Below, one piece after another: positions 1 through 12,600 of a stretch of DNA of 64,000 nucleotides. The DNA comes from Sphagnum compactum. Lineage: Eukaryota. The notes under the pieces are model-generated. The model ran no database searches, was not told the DNA's origin, and saw only the letters and a list, made by a program, of their open reading frames with translations. The first letter of the stretch is position 1, and every line of letters starts with the position of its first letter. A program made the translations under genes and the position numbers. Location: NCBI GenBank assembly GCA_965153455.1, contig OZ234493.1:35888213-35952212 (forward strand), written 5' to 3'.

Positions 1-290
1 AGCTCTAGAGCTTTCAATTTTGTTGCTTATGTGTGCAACTTCAAAACTTTCAAGTTTATTGTTTATGCATTACTAGCTCTAGAGCTTTCAATTTTGTTGC
101 ATGTACATGGACTCGTGGAACTCCATACCTTTCAAGTTTGTTGTTTATCATGCATTACTCATTTTAGAGTTTTCAATTTTGTTACTTATGTGTGCAACAT
201 TAGAGCTTTTAGGTTTATGGCTTATGTGTTATTAGTTGTAGAGCTTTTGATTTTTTTGCTTCTAGGTGTGGCTCCAAAGTTTTTAGTTGA
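1..290. repeat. Degenerate ~39-bp tandem repeat (AGCTCTAGAGCTTTCAATTTTGTTGCTTATGTG..)
   Basis: The motif recurs at about 1, 76, 160, 200 and 235, with interleaved variant units. Confidence 0.75.
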
Positions 291-1157
291 CTTCCATCAT
301 TGATTCAAGGATTCTAGTTTCTCGCTCCTTTGCAAATTCTATTTCGATTCAAGTACTAATTTCAAGTGTTAACTCATCGTCATAATCAAGTAAATTTTTC
401 TCAATCTTTTTTTTTGTTTTTACTTGAATTAAATCACAAGTTCTAGGGTTTCGTGCTCAAATGTGCATGGTGTGGGTGGTGGTGTGTTGTGTGTTGTCCT
501 TGTGCATTCTAAGGTTTGTTGTTCAAGTGTGCAGTGCATAGTGTGGGTGTTGTGTTGTTCTTGTGCACAAAGCCTATTTGGAACTTTGTAATGGCTGAAG
601 ACAAAAGTTTTGTTCTTGAATCCATGGGTGGAATTGATGAAGTTACCCCTAATGTGAATATATGTCAACCTTCTCACTATTTGTCAAATGTGAAAAGTGT
701 CCACCAACAATGTGATCAAAGTGATGTACTAGTGTTTAATAAGGCACATCTTCAAGTTATGGAAATTCAAGCTTTGTTATGGAAATTGCATAACAAAACT
801 TCTATTTGTTGGAGTTCAAGAATAATGTCAAATCTTAAGGAAGTAGTAGTAGTAGTAGTAGTGCCAAAAGAAGCTTTGCAAAGCAACAATAACGCAAAGG
901 GAAACAACAGCAAGCACTAGGGGACGCACAAAGGGAAGCTAGCAACAAAGAAAGACAAACGCATGAAAATACACAATGCAAGAAGACAACCCCCCCCCCC
1001 CCCCGCTGTGTGAATGCGTGCCAGGGGCGGCGTGGGGACCAAAATCGTTGGAGAATCGGGCCAGTACAAGGGAGTTCCGTTCCGACACGGTTCACGATTC
1101 TGCGGACCCCTTACCACAAACTTGGTCCTGAAGGCGCGGGGGTCGTCGGACAACAGA

Positions 1158-1218
1158 GAATATCCACCAGCATCAATGAACCTTTGCATTGTTTTCTCGC
1201 TCATTCCTTGGTATATTC
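1158..1218. promoter_or_regulatory. Two P1BS (GNATATNC) PHR1-binding elements
   Basis: GAATATCC at 1158-1165 and GTATATTC at 1211-1218, about 0.85 kb upstream of the G3Pp ATG in a GC-rich promoter-like segment. Confidence 0.65.
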
Positions 1219-1682
1219 TCTCCTCGACTCTATTCTGTCGCGGGAACCAAGCTCTCTCTTGACTCTCCACCTCTTCGCCAGCCAGCAGCCGTCACCAATA
1301 AGTCTTATTACTGTTTCGATTCGGTTTATTTATTTTTCTTTCTTTCTTTCTTTCTTTCTCTCTCTCTTCCAGGTTGATCCAAATCGCAAGCAATGTCGTC
1401 GTGTCAAAGCTTAAGTTAGCGCGGTTCTTTCGTTCTCGATTCTATCAACATTGCTTCCGTTCCGTGTTTTGAAAGTCCTTTTAAATAGTGATGGTTTCGG
1501 TTTTGCCAAAAAAATAAAAAAATTCAAACCCCCTCTCCTCCCTACCTCCCTCCCTCCCTCTCCTCGTACAGACGGCTGCGTGGAGTTTGAGAACAAGACA
1601 GTTAAGACAGAAGACGAAGAAGAAGAACGAGGAGAAAGGGAAAGGAGGAGAGGAGGCTGGTGGTGGACGTTTGCTGTTTGAG

Positions 1683-1900
1683 GTATTTAGCTTTGCACAT
1701 CCCGGATTTTGACGCTTGCTTGAATTGTTGATTGGATCTCGTCTCGGATCTGTAAATCAGGAATTGATTGTGAGTTGATAATAATGTGACAGAATAGATG
1801 TAGGTCAAGTCCTTTTTTTGTCGGGGAGCAAATGATCTCAGAGCTTCACTGGTTGGAAACCGTGACAATGATTGTTTTGATTGTCGTTGGAATTTTGCAG
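1683..1900 (+). other. Possible 5'UTR intron of G3Pp
   Basis: AG|GTATTT donor at 1683, T-rich interior, TTTTGCAG acceptor ending at 1900; no transcript evidence. Confidence 0.4.
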
Positions 1901-2037
1901 AGTTTGTAGGCGTTCCTGGATTATTATGCGATAGAGATGTACGCGGTGGAGGATTGGGAGCGAAGAAGAGACATTTTGTACTAGGTTGAGCTACCAGTGT
2001 GTTCTGTGTTTTTTGTTGTTGTTTGGATTGATAAGGA

Positions 2038-3019
2038 ATGATGGCGACGAACACGAAACACTTGCCTGCGGGCTTGAAATTGCTGAAGAGACTGAGAGCG
2101 GGCAAAGATCTAAATGCCAATGGCTACAGGACGTCTGTGTTGATCATCACGTTCATTTCCTATGCGTTCTATCACATGTCGCGAAAACCCCCCAGTATTG
2201 TTAAGACTGTGTTACACCCCGAGGACAACATCCATTCCTCTCCGCATTATTCTTTGACGCCGCTTCACACATGGCCTGCGAATTACTTGTTAGCAGCAGC
2301 CAATTCGAATGCCAAGGGAGACGCGGGATCCAACGTTCTGGCCACACAAGAATCGACGAGGAGAAACGCCCGCGCCGTGGCCCAGACGAACGGAACCGGA
2401 TCGATAAGCAGCATCAGCAGCATCGAGTACGGTGAAGGATGGTCCAAGAGCAGCAGGGATGATGGAGAACTCACGACGCTGCAGCAGGGCCGTGGCTGGC
2501 CACCGTTCGACGGGAAGACGGGCAAGGCAAGGTTGGGGGAGGTGGACCTTGCGTTCTTGGCGTCCTACGCGATTGGGATGTACTTCGCAGGGCATCTTGG
2601 AGATCGTCTCCATCTGCGTCTGTTTCTTACGGCAGGGATGGCGATAAGTGGGTTCTTCGTGTGCCTCTTTGGCCTAGGCTACTGGCTCGACATACACTCC
2701 TTTAGCTACTTCATCGGCGTGCAGATGTTCGCGGGGTTGTTTCAGGCCACCGGTTGGCCGTCTGTGGTCACTGTAGTGGGGAACTGGTACGGAATGAGCA
2801 GGAGAGGGTTGATCATGGGAATATGGAATGCGCACACATCGGCTGGCAACATTCTTGGCTCCTTGATCGCTGCGGCAGTCCTCAAGTACGGCTGGGGATG
2901 GTCGTTTTTGCTTCCGGGACTCCTGCTTGCTAGCGGGGGCCTCGTGATCTTCTTGTTTCTGGTTGTCGAACCGGCGGACGTGGGATTACCATCACCCCAT
3001 AAGGAGGATGCTGCCCAAG
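2038..3019 (+). CDS. G3Pp: G3Pp coding exon 1
   Basis: ATG at 2038 (a second ATG at 2041); donor CAAG|GTAAGG at 3020; encodes the N-terminal MFS half. Confidence 0.92.
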
Positions 3020-4718
3020 GTAAGGCTGGCAAATCTTGTGGATATTGTTTTGAAAAGGCTTGCTTGCTCTTCTTCTACAACCATTTTGGTGTGGGTAAAT
3101 TCCAATTGTAGAACACAGCACTTTGGTGGTGTATTCTCTACTACACAGAATCAGACTGTGAATTAGTCACTTGCAGAATGCACGGCATGCCATGTAATTC
3201 CAGAAATCTGTATACTGTAGTATCATCTCTCCTCCACAAGTATTGCTGAATCTACATCCCAATGTACTCTACTGCTGTTCTTAATTCCAAACAAGAAGGG
3301 TAGTGGGTTTCATACATGCCTGCAGACTACTTATCCTCTTTCTTGCTCTGGCGATATCAGGCAGGTTGGCTGTAAACTATGGAGGTCAAGATGCAGAGGA
3401 TGTAGGGCAAGCACGGGACGAGAATGTCAAACTGAAAGAAGTTGCAAGTGATGGGGACGAGAAGGACTTGGAAGAAGGGTGCCATGACAGCCAGATGGAA
3501 ATACAACAGTTGTTGGACTTGAAAGACAATGAGAAGAAGCAAGCTATGCCATTTTTTTATGAGACTGATCCTGATGCCATTGGCTTCTTGGAAGGATGGA
3601 GAATTCCTGGAGTTGCCACTTTTGCACTTTGCTTATTCTTTGCAAAGCTGGTGGCATACACTTTTCTGTATTGGTTGCCCTTCTACATAAGGCATACTGG
3701 TGAGTGCTCCCTGCCCAGTTTTTTTTCTTTGGATAATTCTGTTCAATCAATTGTGGACTATGAGCAACAGATGGTTCTATTTCAGATAGAGCAGCTGGCC
3801 TTGTGTGCACCAGACCATTGACCCATACTATGCTTTCTGTCAGTAGATTACAAAATTTGTATATGCTGTGTCTGTGCTTCACTCACTCAAATTCATTGAA
3901 TATCATGAAGTTCTGTTTGTTGCAGAGATTGCAGGGGAGTTTCTTGATGATAAAATGGCAGGAAACCTTTCCACCCTTTTTGATGTGGGAGGTGTAGTTG
4001 GAGGGATTCTGGCAGGATACCTGTCCGATCACCTGAAAGCAAGGGCCATAACTGCAGCTAGCTTCATGTTTGCTGCCATCCCTGCCCTGTACTGTTATAG
4101 GTTGTATGGGAGCATCTCACTTCCTGTAAATATTGGACTTATGATGGTCACTGGGATGCTAATTAATGGACCATATGCACTGATTACAACAGCAGTCTCA
4201 GCTGATCTTGGAACCCACAAATCTATCAGAGAGAATGGAAGGGCACTTGCTACAGTGACAGCTATAATTGATGGAACAGGGTCTGTTGGGGCAGCCATTG
4301 GGCCATTGCTCACAGGCTACATCTCAAGCCAAGGATGGGGCGCTGTATTCATAATGCTCATGGTTGCAGCCTTCTTTTCAGGAATTCTTCTCACAAGGTT
4401 GATAATAGCAGAGCTTGTGGAGATATTTGGAAAGAAACCAACTGTCCCATCTGTTGATGGGGAAATTAGTGGTGATCCCAATGGTAAATATTTACTGGCT
4501 CTTTTCTTCAGATGTGTTGTTTGCCACCAACTGTGTAGTGCTCAGTTACTGCTTTTGATGAGCTATGGTTGATCAACTGGCTGATCAGCAATGGTTGAAG
4601 AGCCCTTGTTTTGAAATGCGGATTTTGGAATTGTGGGTGAAATATTGAGCCTTGCACTGAACTCCCTGTGGTATGCTGTGCAGGTTTGATTCAACCATTG
4701 TTGGATGACAAACATTGA
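2038..4718 (+). CDS. G3Pp: Glycerol-3-phosphate/phosphate permease (MFS, SLC37/G3Pp family); join(2038..3019,3361..3699,3926..4483,4684..4718), 637 aa
   Basis: Family motifs [80 protein letters not shown] and [16 protein letters not shown]. Three GT-AG introns, all phase 1, join in frame (982+339+558+35=1914 nt) and end [11 protein letters not shown]. Confidence 0.93.
3361..3699 (+). CDS. G3Pp: G3Pp coding exon 2
   Basis: Acceptor TATCAG|GC is phase-compatible; acidic central loop followed by [26 protein letters not shown]; donor ACTG|GTGAGT at 3700. Confidence 0.88.
3926..4483 (+). CDS. G3Pp: G3Pp coding exon 3
   Basis: Acceptor TTGTTGCAG|AG; encodes [12 protein letters not shown]...[12 protein letters not shown]; donor AATG|GTAAAT at 4484. 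Confidence 0.9.
4684..4718 (+). CDS. G3Pp: G3Pp short terminal exon ([11 protein letters not shown])
   Basis: Acceptor TGTGCAG|GT is phase-compatible; TGA at 4716-4718. The alternative is read-through of exon 3 to the stop at 4572. Confidence 0.7.
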
Positions 4719-7544
4719 CAAGCAGGATGACTACTGTGGTGTCATACAATCCACTACATCTAGGACAATATCAGGCAAAGGTTTTTTTAGTCTCAAGAAC
4801 TTGCAGACTGTACCTCTGCCATCAAATTGCAGCTTCAAGGGAGTAGAATTTATAGGTCAGAGATGGCAAAAGGGTGCCTAGAGGGATCTACATCAGCTTC
4901 AGAATCTTGAGGTGGCTTTTAAATCTTTAATAGCCCCAGTAGAGGAGCAATCCATTTGAAGTGGTGGGAAATAATTTGTTGGAAGTGTTTGTTGCTTGAA
5001 ATTGGCTTATGTCTTAACCAATGTAGGGAGGCTAAAATGAGCTCCAATGTCTTTGAGGGGAAGGATGAAAGATTGCAAGCTGGATGTGTAATGGTGGGCA
5101 AGTCAAGCAGAGTTGAACAACATATAGGTTAGGATGTTGGAGCTCACATGGCAGTATGGTTGGAGAATCTTAAAAGGATCTGGGAAAGAAAGAAGAAGAT
5201 TACTGGAGAGACTTTGCTTCGGAAAAATCGAAACCTACACGCTAACATGGCAGTTGCAAGCTCAAATCAAACGCAGGCTTATTTGATCTGTGAGAATGGA
5301 GCTTCTCTTCTGTTAGAAATCAAAGAGCAAAAGGTAGCCACAATTGATCATAGTTTGCTCTCACAATGCCTATCTACTGTGTTGAACAGATGAAAACAGT
5401 TTCTTTTGTACAAAATAGAGAAGGCTCTGTGCCCACCAGATATGGGGCACATTGTGAGGTCACCTGAAACAAAATATACTAGTCTTGCAGATTAGATTTT
5501 CTGCAGATTTACATAGGATTCAAGATTAGCTTGCTCATACATAGGCACAATTGTCCCTTTTCCAAAGGGTACTTATACAGTCATGACTCGAGTTTTAGCC
5601 CTTTTCCCAGGGACATAACATACTGTCTAGTTTACAAACCCCAACTGGCATCAAACTTAAATTGCAGTTGGCATCAAGGTGAAGTTTATAAAAACTGAGG
5701 TCCTGTCTGTTTTATCATCTGTGTTGTTGTTGTGCAGAAAAGAGTGAGCAGCTTGAGAGATGTTGAGAGAGTGATGATTTTATCTGGAGTGGTGTTGTTG
5801 CTGAGTTAGCAAGTGGTTGGTGTATTCTTGTTGGTTTCAACAGAAAAGATTGTCAAACCCCTAAACTCTCTCTTTCACCCTCTCCTGCACACATGACAAA
5901 ATGACAACCCTTATGACTCGAGCTGAGCACAAAGGTCCCCTGACTAGGAACAGATTTGTCAAGACCTTTTCATCATATGTCAATAATTTAGTTTGTATCA
6001 TTGAAATCCATTCATTTTCCATAGTAAAAGAATCTGTGTTCATAAGATGAAGAATTGGACGCTTGTTTTTGGTCCATAATTGTTTGTGGAGTTTTGTGTG
6101 TATAAAAGGTTTTTTCTCCTTTTTATGATTGAGCTTTCAATTTTTCCATCTGACTTCATCATTTAAATCCCACAAAAATTATGCAGCTTTATCCTTGATG
6201 ATTGCACTGGCAAACAACATCCTCCTGTGGGAATTTTAACTATGGCTATTAGTGGAAGTTGTCTTTGTGATTCACACTTTTAAACCCTAAATTCCTGATA
6301 ACCAAATTTAGGTTTTTTTTTTTTTTTTTAATTTTATGAATTTTAAATTGATGAAGCAAAAATAATTGTAATTTTCTATTTTTATAAGGGGTGTCCACGT
6401 GGAGGTAACTCATAGGTTGTGCCTTCAATTTAAAATTTAGGAAGAAAATCAAGTCATTCCTTACATGTTGTAAATCTAGTTTCAATACAAATATTTTTTT
6501 GATATTATCTCAATTGCACTTTAACCTTTAAATGAACAATCGACCAAAATTGCCATACTCCAAAATATGGATCAGCCTTCACAAAAATGCATAGAAATCA
6601 TATAAAACTTTGGATTTTGGAAAAATAGAACTTTGTGAAATTGAGCGCGAATTTAACCTAGATGTTTTAGATGAAAAAATGAAAAATTGCCACTTTTGGA
6701 ACTTTGGAGTTTCAAGTTTCGGATAGCCTTGGAAATTGCAAGTATTTGGAGATTTAGGGTAAAGAGGTCATGCTCCAAAATTTGTGAAAATTTTATGACA
6801 TTAATTTGACATTCATATGAGTAATGTGCCAAAAAAATAGACTTAAAAAAAAATTTAAACGACCAAGTAATTGATGGTCATTCAACATGATTCCAACCAA
6901 AAACAAACTTTGTTTTTCATCCTTCTTGGGCAAACGAGAGGAAACAAAGAGCCTCCAATTGTTTGAGAAATAAAAAGAGGTTCCCTTTGTTTCCAAATAG
7001 AAAAGACCACATTTATTACAATGTTTCCAAATAAAAAAGAAGACATTTATTACATGTGATAGTCGTTGTCATTTCATAAGGAGAGTAAAGGCAAGAGAGG
7101 GCATAAGTGGCTCTTATGAGGGGTTCTTTGTTTTTTTATTTTTGGACCTGGTATGGGGGTGGGTGTGAGAAAGTTTGGAACTTAGTAAAGGTTTTTTTTT
7201 TTTTTTTTTTAATTTAAAAACTAATATGGGATGGGGGAATGGAGGAGCACCATGTTCTTTCTCTCTCTTTTCTTAATTTTGGGCTCAGGGGAAGCTTGGT
7301 GGAAAGGAGGGTTGTCCATGGGTTTTTTTCTCTCTTTCCCTTATTATGTGTGGGGCAACAATGGGAGGGCATGGTCATATTCTTTTTTTAAATATAGATC
7401 ATTGGTTGGGGGGGGGGGGAAGGTTGAGATTCATGGCAAAATCACGTGTGTCACAAACTTTGAAATTTCACCACAAAATCCTAAAAAACCCATAATTAAA
7501 CATTTCCCTAAATTTTTATTTATTTTATTATAATTTTGTGAAAT

Positions 7545-8185
7545 TTTAACCACACATGTTTAACTAGATATGTAGATGCTTGCAATTTACAAAATTGCAA
7601 AATATATATATATATAAGGAAACAAATTGATACAACTCTATAATTTGGTCACAAAATGCTAAGAAACCCCTAGTTGAACATTTATTCACAACTTTTTTAA
7701 AATTTATTATAATTGGGTGAAAATTCACGCATGGCTAACCAGATATGTAGATGCTTGCAATTTACAAATTTGAAAAAGAATAAAAGAAAAAAAAAACTGA
7801 TGCAACTTCGTAATTTTGCTAGAAAATGCCATATCATGCTAGGAAAACCCTAGATAAATATTCGCCTACAACTTATTTTTATTACATTATAATTCGATAA
7901 ACTTTTATTCACACATGGCTAACTAACTATTTAGATTTTTTTAATTTACAAAATTGAAAAAAATAAAAGAAAAAAAATTCATGCAACTCTATAATTTTGT
8001 TATAAAATGCCATAACATGCTAAGAAACCCCTAGCTAAACATTTGCCCACAACTTTTTCTGATTTTATTATAATTGGGTGAAATTTTACCCACACATGGC
8101 TTAGTACATATGTAGATGCTTGCAAATTATAGAATTGAAAAAAATAAAAGAAAAAAAATTGATGCATCTCTATAATTTGACCACA
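7545..8185. repeat. ~180-bp tandem repeat, about 3.5 copies
   Basis: CACACATGG..TAGATATGTAGATGCTTGCAATTTAC...GAAACCCCTAG recurs at about 7550, 7727, 7910 and 8090. Confidence 0.85.
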
Positions 8186-8379
8186 AAACAACAAAAAACC
8201 CGTTCAAAGACACATTCAAATCATATTTGTTTGGTTGATTGGAGTGATAATTTTCATAAAGAAACATGACCTAAACAAATCAAATACCACCAACCTCAGG
8301 GTTGAACTTGAGAGGCCAATCAATATTCATGGCATTAGTCCCACCCCACACTAAACTTACATATAACCTATGCAAATGT

Positions 8380-9329
8380 GTTATGTTATTTCACAAAGCA
8401 AGCACCAAAACAAACTATAGTATCATCACAAGTAGGACTACCAGTTCATTTTTTTTTACACACCACACACAACCTTTTTCTCCTTGATGTTCTTGTCCAT
8501 TGCATAGAATAATGCAACCCCTTGGGATTTAGTATGGAAGCCCCTCCCATTGTTGTTGCCTTTGGAGTAAAACTTGTTCCCTTCTTTATAAGAACCCTAG
8601 CCAAAACTACATTGAATTTCAAGTGTGACATTGTTTCCACCATCTTGCCAAGCTAGGTCATATGTGCCTTGTACATAATGTATGAGTTCACAACGGTGAT
8701 ATCAATGACATGGAACATTATCCAATGCCACCAGTTGTGATCGTGCATTCACAAAGTATAGTATCCATAGAGTTGATCTTGCATATCAACTCCACACATG
8801 TGCTCCTAGTAATGTACTAGCATTGGGCTAGTAGGGATCTCCAATGGACCAATTAATGCCACCGAATGGCAAATGTTGCACCTATAATGTCAATTGGACT
8901 AAAAGCAATGGACAAAATGGAAACTAGATTGTTGTCAAACCAAGATACTTCAACAAGTTTATTTCAAGCATGTGTGTGATACCAAAGTTGTTTTCTTGAT
9001 CATGTTTTTGGATCAATAGTCAAAGCACTACGCCACCCTTTACGATCGGTCTTGCAAGTCCATGTGGCATGCACCCCAACCTTCAAAAGATCCCAAAACA
9101 ATGTAGGGTTTTAAAAAAAATTATCACATGTGACAATGTGATTCTTGTTCTTATACACATCCATCAACCCATACACAATTTTGTACCCAATTGCATGTTC
9201 AACATCCTCATGACCTGCATCACAATACACTTCAATTTTTTGCACAAATTTGGACTTTGCATTAGCCAAACACCAAATCTTCACTCCGTACTAACAAGAT
9301 TTAGCTTTCATGTATTGTCGAATGGGTGA
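8380..9329 (-). pseudogene. piggyBac-like (PGBD4/DDE_Tnp_1_7-type) transposase relic
   Basis: Manual translation: IRQYMKAK.C*YGVKIWCLA...HIVTCDNFF*NPTLFWDLLKVGVHATWTCKTDRKGW...VSWFDNNLVSILS...(frameshift)PMLVHY*EHMCGVDMQDQLYGYY...WWHWIMFHVIDITVVNSYIMY...RLCVVCKK. Multiple stops. Confidence 0.85.
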
Positions 9330-9334
9330 GTATC

Positions 9335-9600
9335 ATAGAACTACATGTGAAGACAATTGACAATTGACAACTACATGTGAAAACAACAATACTAGAACTA
9401 CATGTGAAATTAACATACATTTACATGCATGATGACAAGAGACAATTATTACATGCGAAGACAATAGACAACTACATGTGAGATAATTGACAATTACAAA
9501 TTGTGAAAACAAGACAACTACTTGTGAAGACAACAAATAATTACAATGTAAACATAATTTAAGTGAAAACAACAAAGTTCTAATAAATGTGAAGAATAAT
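9335..9600. repeat. Minisatellite-like array of ACAACTACATGTGAAGACAA (~21-30 bp units)
   Basis: About 10 degenerate copies directly abutting the truncated upstream end of the piggyBac relic. Confidence 0.75.
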
Positions 9601-12600
9601 TATAATCCATTGAATTCCCAAACATTGATGTAAGTTCAACTTATCTTGGAATGGGTTAAAGTTAAAGTTTTGGCACTAGAGTGTCGACCTTAATGAAACT
9701 TGCAACCATTCTATGTACTATCCTATCAAAGTATCACAATGCCAATTTCACATTTTTTAAAACCTTGAGATTCTTTTGCATGTTATTAATAAAAGTGCAT
9801 GAAATTTCACAAGTAACAATGACTTTGTGTTTCAAATTTAGTATGGCAATAATTGTAAGTCTTTTATTAAACTTAGTGAAGTCTTGTTACATAAAACACG
9901 ATTTTTCAAATCAAACATTATATTCTCAAATATATAAAAAGAATAAATAATCACTTAATTATAATAATGATGATAATTTATTGTAAATTTTAACATTTTT
10001 TTTTCATGTGAATTTTAGTTAATTTAATAAGTCTTGGTATAATCCAATGACTTAAATCACAATACACATTGATCGAAATTTTATGAAGGGAATCTGATTT
10101 GATATTACATTGTAATTAAACTCCAAAAATTATGTAAATTTGAAGTCGAGTACGAAGTGATAACACAATAATCTAATGGTAGTCTTTGGTTTCTATTGAT
10201 TCTTAAATTACAAATGAAGTCTAACATGAAATTTTATTATAATTAAATATATGAAAATATTTATTACACATTTAAAATTATTATTATAAAACATTTAGTA
10301 TTCTCAATTAAGTAATAGTGGTTCAAATCAAAATTAGGAAATATATAGTACAATAAATCACCATTGTAATAGTAGATATAAAATATTAATTATTGAAATA
10401 TTGTGTTTTTAAATTTCTTGTCAGGTGTATGGGGTGAATGTAAGGTACTATAGTGGTTCACTTTTGGCATCATAAGTTTGAATTTTGCAAGTGCTTTGTG
10501 TTTAAATGCTTATGGTGAATGACTTAATTTTAAATACATTAAATGATGACTCATTTTAAACTAACAACTTGATTATGAAGACAATTTCACAATTATTTTT
10601 GGAAAAATTTAATGCATTCATTATCAATAAACTTGGACTTTTCAAGTTAAAAATATGGATTGGTCAATTGCTTAAATTGTTAAAACATTCAAGAATTCAT
10701 ATTAAATTCCATTCTAAATTTTTTATGTGACTAAACATGGGTTGAAAAATTAAATCATAAAATCAAATGTGATTTTTTTTTTTTATGAAACCTTAACCAA
10801 AAGTTGGTAGTTATGAACTTTTGAAAGGTCAAAATTGGACTTTATTTTCAAATTTAGTTCTTTGAATTTTTTTTTTTGTTTCTTAATTTTTTGTGTCCCA
10901 TGGATACATAATTGGAATATCTAAGTGAGTTTTTATTCTTATGGACTTTATGGGTTTTTCTTTTAGGGTTTTCAAAGTGATTTCACCATATCAACTAATA
11001 ACAACATTTTCAAATATGGGTTTTGACTTAGTTTTAAAAGGTTTCAAAAGTGACTCAAACTTAAGTAATCAAAGATTACAGTAATGAAAACCTTAGAAAT
11101 TGAAATCATGTGGATTTATAAACACTTGCTTATGATTCTTATGAAAGTTATATTTGCTTAAAATGAACCACTAAACTATGCATTTACCCTATGGCATTTA
11201 TTTTAATAAAATTTCATCATCACTAGTGGTTCCCAACACTGAACTAGATTACAAGGAATTGTGTTTTCATTTATGGTACATTGTCATGGATATCATGAAA
11301 GCCATCAAATACTATTGATTAAAAAAACCTCTAACCTTTTTGTCAAATTGGTCTATAGGAAGCCCTATACTTCATAAGCCTAGAGCTTGACCCTAGAGCC
11401 TAAAATTGGAACTTGGGATGGCAAAATATCTTTTCCCCTATACACATGCAAATAAAACCCTAAAATTTTAACCGCAAAATGAATATTATACTAGTAGAAT
11501 TAAAAATAAACATGGGGATGAATGTAAGCATTCATTTTCATTATGGATGAATGATTTTTTTCATTCATCCATGGATGAATTGCATTTAGTACATGTTTTT
11601 CATAAATAGAACTTCCATCAGACTTATGGATGAATGTTTTATTTTATCATTAAAATTTTATAGATAAATTTATTTTCCATAATTCAATTAACTAGACCTT
11701 CATTATCTAATTATATATGATATAACATTTGTTGAATAATATAATGTAAATTCCATTATAAATGTATTTCATGACTATGGTTTAAAATGCCATTATTTTT
11801 TTTTAAAATTAATTATATTACCATTATCATGCTAACATCCACCCCATGGTCATTGTTGTTTTAATTTTTAAAATAAAATTATTATTATTTATTATTATTT
11901 ATTGTTTTACCCAATTAAAAAAAGATTTGAAACCAAAGATGTCAAACTTTTTTTCAATATCTAGAAATAAAATGATATATTTATAAATGGCAAAAGTAAT
12001 ATAGTAGCCATTTAGCCAGAAATAGTATTACTCAATATTCATTATTTTTATTCTTAATATATGAAGTGTAATTAATAGCAACATTTGGTGAAAAAACGAA
12101 AACAACCATCATTTGTGTAATAATAATTGTACAAGGTGTACTCAAAAAGGTGGCGGCATGTCATAATGCATCCCTTTTTATTACACTACCTTTTCATCTC
12201 TCACCCTTACTCCTTCCCTTTCATTAATCCTTTTGATCACCTTTTACTTTCAAAACTGAAAATTGATCTTTTCTTTTTGTTTGTAACATTCTTCCTGTCA
12301 TTCTTTTTTTATATTTTTGCTTCCTCTTTGTGACTCTGAAGTTCATGATTCCATTTCGTGCCCCTTGCAACAATGCACTTTATTGCCATTAGTAATTTCT
12401 TTTTTTTCTATTTCATTTTTTTTTTCTATCTCTGTTACACATTACAATTATTTTTTCTTACTCAATTCAACTCAGAGAAAATAAGCACTAATTGATCATA
12501 GTGATGAAGGTTTAAGGTTTAGCATTGCTTAAACATATGGATTTTGTCACACTCCTCTTTTATCATTGAAAAAATTGAAAGAACTATTCAAAGCTATAGG

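Noticed and set aside
516-920. 134-aa ORF with poly-Val
   Set aside because: The poly-Val derives from a (GTA)n microsatellite; no family motifs.
917-1414. Overlapping 80-134 aa ORFs on both strands upstream of G3Pp
   Set aside because: No recognisable domain; they run through poly-C and (TTTC)n tracts and are best explained as chance ORFs in a GC-rich promoter/UTR.
10425-10500. tRNA/SINE-like A- and B-box resemblance
   Set aside because: The boxes are degenerate and no cloverleaf can be built.
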